A stretch of 62,618 bases of DNA, counting the filler, from Actinomycetota bacterium (GTDB lineage Bacteria > Actinomycetota > Actinomycetes > JAKEEW01), in assembly GCA_046725875.1 (NCBI GenBank). It is 6 parts of 6 records of this genome, joined end to end, with 100 filler letters (N's around TTAATTAATTAA, not from the genome) between each part and the next. Parts side by side here need not be neighbours in the genome. Positions count along the whole stretch, not along the records: positions 13,885 to 23,808 come from JBKOZJ010000126.1; positions 23,909 to 50,141 come from JBKOZJ010000127.1; 4 more parts are not named here. The stretch is one strand, 5' to 3'. Below, one piece after another: positions 18,600-31,229 of the stretch. The translations under genes and the position numbers were made by a program. The notes below the pieces were generated by a model. That model was not told where the DNA came from. It searched no databases and saw only the letters and a list, made by a program, of their open reading frames with translations. Numbering within the stretch: the stretch's first letter is position 1; every line of letters starts with the position of its first letter.

Positions 18600-20162
18600 T
18601 CAGCCCACCGCCGGCGCCGGCACCGGCTCGAGTCCAGGAGCGTCGGGGGCCAGCGGGAGCAAAACCCGGAAGGTTGTGCCGCGTCCAGGGTTCGCGTCTA
18701 CCTCAACCGTGCCACCGTGGGCAGCCACCAGCGCGGCCACGATCGCGAGGCCAAGCCCGGAGCCCCCGCGGGAGCGGGAGCGGGCCGGGTCCGCCCGGTA
18801 GAAGCGCTCGAACACCCGATCGGCTTGCTCCCCACTGAGGCCGGGACCATGGTCGGTAACCTCGACGACAGTATTGAGACCGCCGTCCGCGAGGCGGGTC
18901 CGGGCCAGCACTTCGACGGCCGTCCCGGCCGGCGTGTGGGTCAGCGCATTGCTCATCAGGTTGGCCAGGACCTGGCGGAGCCGCGGTTCATCGCCCAGCA
19001 CGACAAGCGGCCCGCTGTCGCCCTCGGTGAGCAGCTGGATGCGTCGATCGGGAGCGCGCGCGCGGGCGTCGGTTACGGCCTCGGCGGCGAGGGCCAACAG
19101 GTCGACCGGGCGGCGCTCGAGCGGGCGCTGCTGGTCCAGGCGGGCCAGCAGCAGCAGATCATCCACGAGGAGGCCCATGTTGGCCGCCTGGTCCTCGATC
19201 CGGCGCATCAGCCGGTCCGGCTCGACGGAGTCGCTGGTTCCGGCCTGCCGATACAGCTCGGCGAAGCCGCGGATGGTGGTCAGCGGGGTGCGCAGCTCGT
19301 GGCTGGCGTCGGTTATGAAGCGGCGCATGCGCTCCTCGGATCGGCGCGCGGCCGCCTCGGAAGCGGCGCGGGCCACGAACGCGGCCTCGATCTGGGTCAG
19401 CATGCTGTTGAGCGCGCGGGCGAGTCGGCCGACCTCGGTGCGCGGGTCGAGGTCGGGGATCCGGCGCGACAGTTGGCCGGCCGCGATCGCCCCCGCGGTC
19501 TGCTCGATTTCGACCAGCGGCCGCAGGCTGGCGCGGACGACGGTCACCCCAACTCCGGCCAGCACCAACAGGACGGCCAGGCTAACGGCGAGGTCGATCC
19601 ACTGCAGGCGGGCGATCGTCGCATTGATCTCCTCCAGGCTTGCGGCGGCCACCACCAGGCGCCCGGAGCCATCCTCGAGCGGCTCGACCAGCACTCGCCA
19701 CTGGCCGCCCTCGCCAGTTGCCGGAGCTGTGAAGGGCCCGCCGGCATGCGCCCGGAGCGTCGCGTGCGTGGGTAGGCGCGGCGGAGACTGGCCGGTCGGC
19801 AGCCCGGTCGTGTCCCAGTTCGTGACCACGCCGCTACGGTCGAGGATCGCCACCAGGTAGATGCTGGGTGTCGTGGCGCGAGCCTCCCGCCCCTGATCGG
19901 ATGATTGGTCCGGCTGGCCATCGGCGGCGGCGCTGGCGCTATTTCGGGCCAGGCTCGCGAGCTGGTCGTCCAGCCTGCCGACCAGCGAGCCGCGAAGCAC
20001 CGCAATGCTGGCCACGCTGATCAGTATCAGCGAGACGGCCACCAGTACCAGCACTGCCATGGTGAGCTGCACCCGCAGGGGCGTGCGGGCCAGCAGCCGC
20101 CGCCACCCTCGCAGCGGCTTACGCACCAGTGCACTGACCAAGCCCGACCGAACCACGGCCAT
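18600..20162 (-). CDS. HAMP sensor histidine kinase
   Basis: Two TM segments, HAMP, DASHELRTPL, NLMSNA, DHGPG, GGSGLGL. Confidence 0.95.
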   Translation of the reverse strand: MAVVRSGLVSALVRKPLRGWRRLLARTPLRVQLTMAVLVLVAVSLILISVASIAVLRGSLVGRLDDQLASLARNSASAAADGQPDQSSDQGREARATTPSIYLVAILDRSGVVTNWDTTGLPTGQSPPRLPTHATLRAHAGGPFTAPATGEGGQWRVLVEPLEDGSGRLVVAAASLEEINATIARLQWIDLAVSLAVLLVLAGVGVTVVRASLRPLVEIEQTAGAIAAGQLSRRIPDLDPRTEVGRLARALNSMLTQIEAAFVARAASEAAARRSEERMRRFITDASHELRTPLTTIRGFAELYRQAGTSDSVEPDRLMRRIEDQAANMGLLVDDLLLLARLDQQRPLERRPVDLLALAAEAVTDARARAPDRRIQLLTEGDSGPLVVLGDEPRLRQVLANLMSNALTHTPAGTAVEVLARTRLADGGLNTVVEVTDHGPGLSGEQADRVFERFYRADPARSRSRGGSGLGLAIVAALVAAHGGTVEVDANPGRGTTFRVLLPLAPDAPGLEPVPAPAVG

Positions 20163-20166
20163 CCCC

Positions 20167-20928
20167 CTACCGGTTGGGCGCGCGGAGGACGTAGCCGACC
20201 CCGCGAATGGTATAGATCAGCCGCGGCTCCGCCCTATCGACCTTGCGCCGCAAATACGACACATACGACTCGACGATGCCGCCCTCGCCGCCGAAGTCGT
20301 AGTTCCAAACGTGATCCAGGATCTGTCCCTTGGACAACACGCGGCCGGCGTTGTCCATCAGGTAGCGCAACAGCCTGAACTCGGTCGGCGACAGCTGCAC
20401 CGTGCTGCCGCCCCGCCACACCTCGTGGCTCTCGTCGTCCAGCTCCAGATCCGCCACGCAAAGCCGGCTTGGCGGCTGTGCCGGACCGGCCTGAACCCGG
20501 CGCAGCACTGCCCGGATCCGAGCGATGACCTCCTCCAGGCTGAACGGTTTGGTGACGTAGTCGTCCCCACCGATCGTCAGCCCCTGCACCTTGTCCTCGG
20601 TGGCATCCCGGGCCGTCAAGAACAGCACCGGCGTGCGCCCTTCGCCGGAGCGCAACCGGCGGGCGACTTCGAAGCCATCCAGGTCCGGCAACATCACGTC
20701 CAGCACGATCAGGTCGGGGCGGTGACGCCGCGCGGCGCCGAGCGCTTGGAAGCCATCGGCTGCCGTGGCGACCTCGAAGCCCGCCAGGCGCAGGCTCGCC
20801 GAGAGCAGCTCCAGAATGTTCGGGTCGTCCTCCACCACGAGCAGCGTGGCCTCCGGCTGCCGCCGCTCCCGAGTGCCGGTGGACGGCTCTCTTACGGCTC
20901 CTTCTCCCACCGATGCCAAATCGGTCAT
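20167..20928 (-). CDS. OmpR-family response regulator (mycobacterial PhoP/TcrX-like)
   Basis: VVEDD, LDVMLPD, GGDDYVTKPFSLEE, IVESYVSYLRRK, TIRGVGY; RBS AGGAGG. Confidence 0.95.
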   Translation of the reverse strand: MTDLASVGEGAVREPSTGTRERRQPEATLLVVEDDPNILELLSASLRLAGFEVATAADGFQALGAARRHRPDLIVLDVMLPDLDGFEVARRLRSGEGRTPVLFLTARDATEDKVQGLTIGGDDYVTKPFSLEEVIARIRAVLRRVQAGPAQPPSRLCVADLELDDESHEVWRGGSTVQLSPTEFRLLRYLMDNAGRVLSKGQILDHVWNYDFGGEGGIVESYVSYLRRKVDRAEPRLIYTIRGVGYVLRAPNR

Positions 20929-21011
20929 CTCATCCCTCCTGCTTACAAGGCCACCGCCGCGACGCCCGTCGGCCCTCACGTCCGGGTTTAGCCGCTGTAC
21001 CCGAGGCTGAG

Positions 21012-21039
21012 CTGGGAACTTGCTGGGAGATTGCTGAGA
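21012..21039 (-). promoter_or_regulatory. Putative OmpR-family binding site upstream of the response regulator
   Basis: CTGRGA at 21012, 21023, 21034 (11-bp period). Confidence 0.55.
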
Positions 21040-21069
21040 GTTTTGGCGCCAGGCGGATTGCGGCGGGGC

Positions 21070-21492
21070 TCACCCTGCCAGGGCGGGCAGCGCCTCGGCG
21101 GCAAGCGTGGCGACCTGGACGGCCGCGCGGTCCAGCTCGCCCGCCAGCTCGGCGGGCGCGCCGATGAGTAGCAGGCACCTGCCCGGCTGCTGAAGCTGCC
21201 GTGCGGGGGTTCGCAGGCTCCTCGCCAGGGCGCGCGGCGCGGACACGTGTGTAGCGGTCAGGTCGATAACGATCATGTCGCTACTGACGGCCAGCCAATC
21301 GAGCGCCTGGCGGAGCCGGCGGAGCGCCGGCTGATCCAGCATTCCCGCCGGTCGTAGGACCGTTGTCAGCCAGCCGTGCGTTCGGCGCTCGGCAGAGCGG
21401 GCGAGAGTGTCGGTGGTCTGCTGCCGCCTGTTTCCCGGACCCTCAGGTACGCGCCTGGCCGGGACCTCTACCAGGGTCGGTATCTCATCCAT
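21070..21492 (-). CDS. STAS-like domain protein
   Basis: VLRPAGMLD...MIVIDLT...LLLIGAPAEL; RBS GAGGAG. Confidence 0.6.
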   Translation of the reverse strand: MDEIPTLVEVPARRVPEGPGNRRQQTTDTLARSAERRTHGWLTTVLRPAGMLDQPALRRLRQALDWLAVSSDMIVIDLTATHVSAPRALARSLRTPARQLQQPGRCLLLIGAPAELAGELDRAAVQVATLAAEALPALAG

Positions 21493-21855
21493 GGGTCGTC
21501 TCCTCGCTTTGCATCCCGTCTCCGCGCGTCGCCCTGGTGCCCCGGTCCGACGGACGCCGGCGATTCCCGCTGTCTCCTGCCGAATCCCAGAGGCGCTCCG
21601 CGCGCTCCCCTTCCCGGGGTGAGGGTGATCCCGCTCAGACAGACAGTGCACCGCCTGGCCGCCCGCCGACCGCCAGTGCGCCACGATGCCGGTGGCGCTC
21701 GGGCCCAGGTCCGGGCGTGACAGGCCGACGCCGGCACCGGCAACCAGCGCCCGTGCCCGATGGCACCGGTGGGTACAGGGCGGTGGGTGGACGTAGGCAT
21801 GGCCGCCTCCGATGGTCAGCGCGGTGCTTCTTTGAACCCACGCTGGACCGTGGGG

Positions 21856-21894
21856 CTGAAGGCAGCGTTGGAGTCAGCTGAGGGTTTCCTGGGA
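21856..21894 (-). promoter_or_regulatory. Second putative OmpR-family binding site
   Basis: CTGRRR at 21856, 21878, 21889, in 11-bp phase. Confidence 0.4.
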
Positions 21895-21942
21895 ACACCC
21901 CGCGACGATCGGGCCGGGCCGCCCATCAAGGGCGCCGTACAG

Positions 21943-22250
21943 CTAGGCCTTGTTGGTATCCCTGACCAGGATTTCGTGGACCAGGCCGTAGTCGACCGCC
22001 GCTTCCGCGGTTAGCACTCGTCCGAGCCGAAGGTCGGACTCGACGGTTTCCGCGGACTGGCCGGTGGCGTCGGCCAGTCGGCTAATGCAGCGGGCCAGGA
22101 GGTGCTGCTGACGCTCGAGTTGTACGGCGATCTCGGTGGCCCGGCCTTCGGCGCTCATTCGCGGTTCACGCAGGTAGAACATCGAGCGGCCTGCCGGCGG
22201 CGGTGGCGAACGGCGGCGCGTCTCCGCCCCCAATCCCGCCAACTCGTAGA
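21943..22250 (-). pseudogene. ClpP-like C-terminal fragment
   Basis: FYLREP...GRATEI...LADATGQSAETVESDL..GRVLTAEAAVDYGLVHEI. Confidence 0.7.
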
Positions 22251-22785
22251 TCGCCGCGCCTGCGGGTGCGGAACGCTACTGACTAGCCACGATGATCGCA
22301 CCGGGCATTCCGGCTGAGGCCTCGGCATCCTAACAACCGCAGCAGATGCAGGAGCACTGATCCTGATCTGTGGGCAATATTTACAACAGGACGAACGGCG
22401 AATAGCGAGGCGTTGGTCGAGGATGGATTGGACGACGGTATGTCGGTGCGATGGCGAACCGTAGCCGTGGGGCGAACCGTAGCCGCGGTGACAGGTACAG
22501 TCCTCCTCGTCGTCGCCCTTGGGGGCTTGACGTTTGCTCAGCTCACCTCCGATGGTCGTGCGCAGGTATACGAGGAGATCGCAAAGCTCTCGTACCAGTT
22601 CCTGGTAATCGTTCTGCTCGGCGCGCTGGTCAAGACCAGCGTTGAGGCGGCGCAAGGCGCCGCGCGCGCGGTCCCTCACCTGCTCGTTCGTCGTGAGAGG
22701 CCTTCAACGCTCTTAATCCTCTCGCTTACGGCCTTCAGCTGCGACTGGAACACCCAGACCCCAACCGCGACGAGTGCCGGCCAGA

Positions 22786-23315
22786 TCAACGCTTGGATGT
22801 AGTCGAGGACCGTCTCCGGCGCGCTCCTGCGGTCGCCCGCCCCGCCGGGCCGAGGTGCGGGTACAGGGCGGGCCGCGACACGCTGAGCACGTCCGCGATC
22901 TGGGCGCCGGTGTACTGCGGTTTTCCGTCCTCGCCCGTCTCTGCGAACATGGCCCGCGCCTGCATGATCTTCGCGGGGGTCATCTTCGGCCGTCGGCCGC
23001 CGTTCCGTCCGCGGGCGCGGGCCGAGGCGAGGCCGACTGGGTGCGCTCGACGATCAGGTCGTGCTCGAACTCCGCGACCGCGGCCAGGACGTGGTACACC
23101 AGCCGGCCCACCGGCGTCGTGGTGTCGATGCCCAGGTCGAGTACCTTGAGGTGCGCGCCCGACTCGCGGAGCTGTTCAGTGATCGAGCAGAGGTGCTTAA
23201 CCGAGCGGTCCATCATGTCCAGCTTGGTGACCACGAGGACGTCGCCGGCGCGTAGGTGGCTGAGCGCCGCGTCGAGCTGCGGCCGCTGCTCCAGGGTGCC
23301 GGAGGCCTTTGTCGA
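22786..23315 (-). pseudogene. Serine resolvase/invertase, 5'-truncated and frameshifted
   Basis: KASG..RPQL..L.AGDVLVVTKLD..IDTTTP.GRL..AEFEHDLIVERT, frameshift near 23040, then GLASARARGRNGGR and an HTH. Confidence 0.88.
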
Positions 23316-23399
23316 CGTAGGTGTTGCGTGCCTCGACGCCGGCGGCGGCGAGGGCGTCAAGCGACGGCACCTTCGTCCCAGGGGCGGGGGACGGCGCCC

Positions 23400-23555
23400 A
23401 CGGCCCCGGCCGTCGCCTTCCTCGCCACCCCCGAAGGGCACTGGATCAACGGCAGGACCATCCGCGTCAACGGGCGGAATCAGCTAAAGACAGCACGAAG
23501 GACCGATGATGAGGCAGATCATCGTCGTCACCGGCGCCTCGAGCGGCATCGGGGT
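23400..23555 (+). pseudogene. Remnants of two adjacent SDR genes
   Basis: VAFLATPEGHWINGRTIRVNG (C-terminus), then MMRQIIVVTGASSGIG (N-terminus). Confidence 0.65.
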
Positions 23556-23808
23556 GGATCCCGGTGGCCTGGGTGCGACCGTCCTCCCCGGCACCACCCG
23601 CTGCCGGGCCGCGCCGACTCCGGCGGCGCGAGCACGCCCGCCGGCATCTCTCATCGCTGGCGGAAGCGCGAGGTCTACGGCGACAACGGCGCGCTGCGGC
23701 ACCCTGTTGGGTGCAAATACGCGGTCACGGCTGTGACCCGTGAGCCGTCCGATGCGTCCCCGACGGCTGCGTTCTGAGGATGCACACGTTCAAATTCAAA
23801 GACCCGAT

Positions 23809-23908
23809 NNNNNNNNNNNNNNNNNNNNNNNNNNNNNNNNNNNNNNNNNNNNTTAATTAATTAANNNNNNNNNNNNNNNNNNNNNNNNNNNNNNNNNNNN
23901 NNNNNNNN
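23809..23908. other. Artificial contig spacer
   Basis: N/TTAATTAATTAA/N. Confidence 0.99.
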
Positions 23909-24569
23909 ATCCGAGGCAGTCGGCACAGCTGCCGAGGTGGTCGGCTCGGGCCGCATGGTCACGCGGGCCGCGGGATTCGTTGTCGATGTACGGGACCCGC
24001 AAGCCGTGCGGCAGCTTATGGTCGATACACACACCCGCCTCGGTGGACCCGACGTACTCGTCACCCTTGCCGGCGGTTCGCTTGGGACGCCACGCGACCT
24101 CGGCGAAATCACCCCCGAGGATGCCGCGGTGGTCCTCGACGTTAACGTGCTCGGGACGCTCTTCTGCTGTCAGGCTGCGATCCCGTACATGATCGAAAAT
24201 CGCGGTGGCGCGATCGTCACCGTGTCGTCAATCGGCGGGCGCCAGCCGTCGCCGGTGACCGGCGTGTCCTATGCGATGGCGAAGGCCGGGATTCTCGGAC
24301 TGACCCGCCGGCTTGCCAGCGAGGTCGGGCGGCACGGCATCCGGGTCAACGCGATCGCGCCCGGCCTCGTCCTCACCGAGCGGCTCGCCGGCATGGTCGA
24401 CGCCATGGAGCCGGCCGAGCGCCAGTCGGTCCTGGACGCGATCCCGCTCCGCCGGCTGCCCAGTGTGTCCGAGATCGTCGAGCCGATCCTCTTCCTCGCC
24501 TCCGACGCGGCGAGCTACATCACCGGCGCCGTGCTCGACGTAAACGGCGGCCGCTTCATGCCTCCATAG
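23909..24569 (+). CDS. SDR oxidoreductase (FabG-like), 5'-truncated
   Basis: VSSIGG, YAMAK, IRVNAIAPG, ASYITGAVLDVNGG. Confidence 0.92.
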
Positions 24570-24642
24570 GCCGCCGCGAGTTTCGGGGCCCGATCTGTGG
24601 GGTTCAGGGAGCTTTGGGAGGACCCGAAGGCCCGCGACGCCG

Positions 24643-26259
24643 TCAGCGGGTGAGTTCGCGCAGGCGGAAGCGCTGTAGCTTGCCGGTGTTTGTGCGCGGC
24701 AGCTCGCTGACGAAGTGGACCTGGCGCGGGCACTTGTACGGCGCGATCTCGGTCCTGGCGAACTCCTGCAGGGCCTGTACGGTCTGGTCACTTGCGGCCA
24801 CGCCCTCGCGGAGGACGGCGAATGCGGTGACCACGATGCTGCCCCGCTCCGGGTCGGGCGCGCCGACGACACCGCACTCGACCACGTCGGGGTGGCGGAG
24901 CAGCGCCTCCTCGACCTCTGCCGGCGAGATGTTGTACCCGGAAGAGATGATCAGGTCGTCGGAGCGGGCCTGATACCAGAAGTAACCGTCCGCATCCTGG
25001 CTATACGTGTCGCCGGTTATGTTCCAGCCGTTCTGGACATAGGCGAGCTGGCGGTCGTCGGCGAGATACCGGCAGCCGGTCGGCCCCGTCACGGCGAGCC
25101 GGCCAAGCGTCCCGGCCGGTACCTGGTTGCCCCCTTCGTCGATTACCTGCGCGTGGTAACCGGGCACGGGGTGCCCAGTCGACCCGGGCCGGATGTCATC
25201 GTCGGACGAGCCGATGAAGATGTGCAGCATCTCGGTGGAACCGATGCCGTCGATGATCCGTACCCCGGTCGCGTCATGGAAGGCATCCCAGGTCGACTTG
25301 GGCAACGCCTCGCCCGCGGACACACACCGGCGCAGCGACGACAGGTCGGCACTCGCCGCCATCGGCACCGCGGCGCGATATGCGGGCGGCGCGGTGAACA
25401 GCACGTTGACCTTGTGCTCGGCGACCGCGCCGAAGAGGTCTGGTGGCGTCGCATTCTCGAGCAGGAGTGACGCGGCTCCGGCCCGCATCGGGAAGATCAC
25501 CAGGCCGCCCAGGCCAAAGGTGAAGGCGAGCGGCGGGCTGCCGGCGAAGAGGTCACCTGACTGGGGCTTGAGCACGTGGGCGGCGAAGGTGTCCGCGATC
25601 GCCAACACGTCGCGGTGGAAATGCATCGTTGCCTTCGGCCGGCCGGTTGTTCCCGAGGTGAAGGCGAGCAGGGCGACGTCGTCGGCGGCCGTCTGCACGC
25701 CGTCATACCTACCGTCCTTCGTGGCAGCGAGCCGTCCGAGATGCGCACCGTTCCCGCCGTACTCCACAATCCGCAGGCCAGGCACATCGGCCTTGACGAG
25801 ATCGTCGACGAAGCGCGCCTCGCAGAGCGCGAACTGCACGCGGGCGATCTCGCCGATCGTCGCCAGCTCGCCGGAACGTAGCAACGGCATCGTCGTGACG
25901 ACGACCGCACCTGCCTTCAGGACCGCCAGCCAGCAGGCGACCAGCTCGGGGTTGTTGGGACCCCGCAGCAGGACGCGGTTGCCGGGCACCACGCCGAGGT
26001 CCTCGGTCAGAACGCCCGCGATCCGGTCCACTCGGGACCTCAGCTCGCCGTAGCTCCAAACGACGCCGGCCGCGTCGCGCAGGGATGGCCGGTCGGCACC
26101 GAACCGGGCGATAGTCCCGTCGAGCAGCTCGGTCGCGGAGTTGAGCCGGTCAGGATAACGGAGCTCGGGCAGGTCGAAGACGAACTCGGGCCACTGGTCA
26201 GCCGGCGGGAGGTTGTCCCGCGCGAACGTGTCGACGTGCGCTGAGGGTGACAGCGACAT
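24643..26259 (-). CDS. Aryl-CoA ligase, 2-aminobenzoate-CoA ligase-like
   Basis: SAHVDTFARDNLPP, FTSGTTGRPK, PPLAFTFGLGG, DGIGSTEMLHIF, LPRTNTGKLQRF. Confidence 0.88.
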   Translation of the reverse strand: MSLSPSAHVDTFARDNLPPADQWPEFVFDLPELRYPDRLNSATELLDGTIARFGADRPSLRDAAGVVWSYGELRSRVDRIAGVLTEDLGVVPGNRVLLRGPNNPELVACWLAVLKAGAVVVTTMPLLRSGELATIGEIARVQFALCEARFVDDLVKADVPGLRIVEYGGNGAHLGRLAATKDGRYDGVQTAADDVALLAFTSGTTGRPKATMHFHRDVLAIADTFAAHVLKPQSGDLFAGSPPLAFTFGLGGLVIFPMRAGAASLLLENATPPDLFGAVAEHKVNVLFTAPPAYRAAVPMAASADLSSLRRCVSAGEALPKSTWDAFHDATGVRIIDGIGSTEMLHIFIGSSDDDIRPGSTGHPVPGYHAQVIDEGGNQVPAGTLGRLAVTGPTGCRYLADDRQLAYVQNGWNITGDTYSQDADGYFWYQARSDDLIISSGYNISPAEVEEALLRHPDVVECGVVGAPDPERGSIVVTAFAVLREGVAASDQTVQALQEFARTEIAPYKCPRQVHFVSELPRTNTGKLQRFRLRELTR

Positions 26260-26341
26260 TGTGGGACGCCCCTCCGGTCGAAAGTCCTCCCAGATGCCGC
26301 CAGTATTCCGACCTCCGGCCCCCCGTCAAGAGATCGTCCGG

Positions 26342-27166
26342 CTAGCGCAGGAGCGGGAGTACGGGCGAAAGGTCGGCGCGGTTGCCACTCGCGGTGACCA
26401 TCCCCGCGGCGAGTGCTTCGGCCCATCGGGCCCGGCCGGTCGCGAGGCGCAGCCAGGTCAAGGGGTCGGTCTCCACGACGTTGGGTGGTGTGCCGCGAGT
26501 GTGCCGCGGGCCCGCGATGCATTGGACCGCGGTGTACGGCGGCACGCGTAGCTCCACCGTTCTTCCGGGGGCAACGGCGGCAAGTACGGCCGCGAGCGCG
26601 CGGGTCGCCAGCGCGAGCGCCGCGCCGTCGTGTGGGAACTCCTGATCGAGATCGTCGGCGTGAACCACGGCCTCGACCACCCTCGTGACCAGGAAGTCAT
26701 CCAGCCTCATGAGCCCCAGCTGGTGGCGGACCGGCCACGCCGGATCGGGGTGGCCGTCGAGGAGACGCTCGGCCGTCGCGGCCGCGTCGGCGAGCGTCGG
26801 CCCGATCTCGCCCCCGGCGGCCGCTCCCCCATTCGCCTCGGCACCGGCCGCAGTGGCCGTCCGATATGCCTCCTTGGCCCGCCCGGCCACCTCGTCGGCA
26901 ATTGACTCCGAACGCCTCGCCCAGCCAGTGACGTCGAGCGTCGGGCGCCCGGCCGTGGACACCTCGTTGGCAGGGACCAACCGGCGCTCCACGGACGACA
27001 CCCCGCTCGCCACATGCGCAATGAGCTCACCGGTCGTCCATGCCGGAAGTCGCGACTGCTCCGCCAGCACGCGGGGGCCGAGACCGTCGACGTACCTAAC
27101 GAGGGCGACCCACTGCCGGCTCAGCGCGGCCCGGACCGCCGCCAAGTCCGGCCGTCGCGTTACCAC
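26342..27166 (-). CDS. Mycothiol-dependent maleylpyruvate isomerase-family protein with C-terminal sterol-carrier-like domain
   Basis: [47 protein letters not shown]; -10 TACGGT. Confidence 0.85.
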   Translation of the reverse strand: MVTRRPDLAAVRAALSRQWVALVRYVDGLGPRVLAEQSRLPAWTTGELIAHVASGVSSVERRLVPANEVSTAGRPTLDVTGWARRSESIADEVAGRAKEAYRTATAAGAEANGGAAAGGEIGPTLADAAATAERLLDGHPDPAWPVRHQLGLMRLDDFLVTRVVEAVVHADDLDQEFPHDGAALALATRALAAVLAAVAPGRTVELRVPPYTAVQCIAGPRHTRGTPPNVVETDPLTWLRLATGRARWAEALAAGMVTASGNRADLSPVLPLLR

Positions 27167-27273
27167 GGGACCGACCGTACCGCCGCTCGCACCGGCCCGG
27201 ACGTGTGTCGCCCGGCCCTTGTCCGGGGGCGAGCGAGGCCGCCCGGCGAACCGTTGAGCTGGCTGCTGAGGTG

Positions 27274-28818
27274 TCAGTAGAGCGTGAGCTGCTCCGCCGG
27301 CTCGGACGCCGGAAGTGCCGGGGGCTCGACGCGTCGCCACATCCGTACGTCAGCGTCGGGGCGCCGGCCGATGCCGCACTTGGAGGCGAGCGACTGGACC
27401 TTCTCCGCGATCTCCTGCTGGAAGGCCTTCGGTGCGTATGACCGGTCGCCATAAAGCGTGGCATACCGATCGACTAGATCCGGGCGGTGCTTCTTGAGCC
27501 ACTGCGCGTACCACTCCCGGGCACCAGGGCGCAGGTGCAGCACGATCGGCGTCACATGGGTGGCACCCGCCTCGGCGATCGCGGCGACCGTCGCCTCGAG
27601 CATCTCGGCCGTATCGGTGAGGTGGGGCAGGATCGGCGCCATCAGCACGCCGCAGCGGAGCCCTGCGTCGTTCAGCGACCGGCAGACATCCAGCCGCCGG
27701 GAGGGAGACGGTGTGCCAGGCTCGACCGACCGCCACAACCCCTCGTCCGCGAAACCGACCGACACCGCGGTCCCGACGTCCACCCGGGATGCGGCGCTTC
27801 GGAGCAGGTCGACATCGCGGAGGATCAACGTGCCCTTCGTGAGGATCGAGAACGGGGTCCCGGAGTCGGCGAGCGCGGTGATGATTCCAGGCATGAGCTG
27901 GTAGCGACCCTCGGCCCGCTGATACGGGTCGACGTTCGTACCGAGAGCGACGTGCTCGCGCTGCCAACCCGGCTGGGCAAGCTCCGCGCGCAGCCGCTCG
28001 GCGGCATTCACCTTGACCACGATCTTGGTGTCGAAGTCTCGGCCGGAGTCGAGGTCGAGATATTCGTGCGTTTTGCGAGCGAAGCAGTTGTGACTGACCA
28101 CGCCGTTCGCGACGAAGTCGCCGGTGCCGGTCGTAATGTCGTACATCAGCATCTGGGCGCCGAGGGACTCGACGGCAACAACGCGAAGGCCCGCCTGTGG
28201 GAAAGCGTCGGCGCCGTCGGTGATCCCCGACCCACCGCCTTCCTCGCGCCCTTGTGGCGCCGTGGCGGCAATGGGACCGGCGCCAACCAGCTCGTTGTTC
28301 AGCGTCAGGTGCGGGCGCTGCAGGGGTCCGCTGGCCGCGCCCAACACGTGCTTCCAGCCACGGTTGGTCAGGAATCGATGATCGGCGCTGGCGACCAACG
28401 CGGTGCCGTCCGCCAGCGTCACCCGGTAAGCGGGCTTGACCGACGACCAGTGCGCTTGTACCTCGGTCACGGCGAAGCGCCGATGGCGGCCTTTCCGCTC
28501 GGTCCCCATGATCGCGTCGCCGACCTTGACCTCGGCGAGCGGCTTGGTCTGCCCGTCCGCCATAAGGATCGCGGTGTCCCCGGCCAGGCAGTAAACGCAG
28601 GCGTGACTGCAACCGCGATAGGGGTTGACGGTCCAGCGGAACGGCACTTGAGATGCCTCTGGCACCCGGTTCAGCGCCGACTTGGCCTGGATCTCGTAGA
28701 AGGTGATCCCACGGAAGCCTGGCGTGTCGAACTCGCGAACGACTGCCCCCTTGGCGAACAGCGGCAAGGCGCCGTCGCGCGGCGCGACGTCGACCAGCCG
28801 GAGGGTATCCCAGCGCAC
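27274..28818 (-). CDS. Rv2578c-family radical SAM protein containing an intein
   Basis: [12 protein letters not shown][intein][44 protein letters not shown]. Confidence 0.93.
   Translation of the reverse strand: MRWDTLRLVDVAPRDGALPLFAKGAVVREFDTPGFRGITFYEIQAKSALNRVPEASQVPFRWTVNPYRGCSHACVYCLAGDTAILMADGQTKPLAEVKVGDAIMGTERKGRHRRFAVTEVQAHWSSVKPAYRVTLADGTALVASADHRFLTNRGWKHVLGAASGPLQRPHLTLNNELVGAGPIAATAPQGREEGGGSGITDGADAFPQAGLRVVAVESLGAQMLMYDITTGTGDFVANGVVSHNCFARKTHEYLDLDSGRDFDTKIVVKVNAAERLRAELAQPGWQREHVALGTNVDPYQRAEGRYQLMPGIITALADSGTPFSILTKGTLILRDVDLLRSAASRVDVGTAVSVGFADEGLWRSVEPGTPSPSRRLDVCRSLNDAGLRCGVLMAPILPHLTDTAEMLEATVAAIAEAGATHVTPIVLHLRPGAREWYAQWLKKHRPDLVDRYATLYGDRSYAPKAFQQEIAEKVQSLASKCGIGRRPDADVRMWRRVEPPALPASEPAEQLTLY
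28087..28590 (-). mobile_element. 168-aa mini-intein, no endonuclease
   Basis: Block A CLAGDT.I.MADG, block B ASADHRF, block F MYDITT, block [11 protein letters not shown] followed by Cys+1. Confidence 0.93.
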
Positions 28819-28826
28819 CCTCTAAT

Positions 28827-28842
28827 TAGAACACATGTTCGA
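28827..28842 (-). promoter_or_regulatory. LexA (SOS) box
   Basis: TCGAACATGTGTTCTA vs actinobacterial consensus TCGAAC-N4-GTTCGA, 8 nt upstream of the start. Confidence 0.85.
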
Positions 28843-28888
28843 TAGACTGCAAACGGCCCGGCTAGAGCCAAATAGCTCCAAACTCGCT

Positions 28889-31165
<2,277 letters not shown>

Positions 31166-31229
31166 GCGCCTCACGCTACCGGTCTGCGGGCCGGATCCGG
31201 CCGGGCTGGGCTGCCGGTCAGACGAGCCA

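Noticed and set aside
22413..22802. 129-aa membrane protein
   Set aside because: Appears to be two opposed gene fragments next to the resolvase remnant; not supportable as an intact gene.
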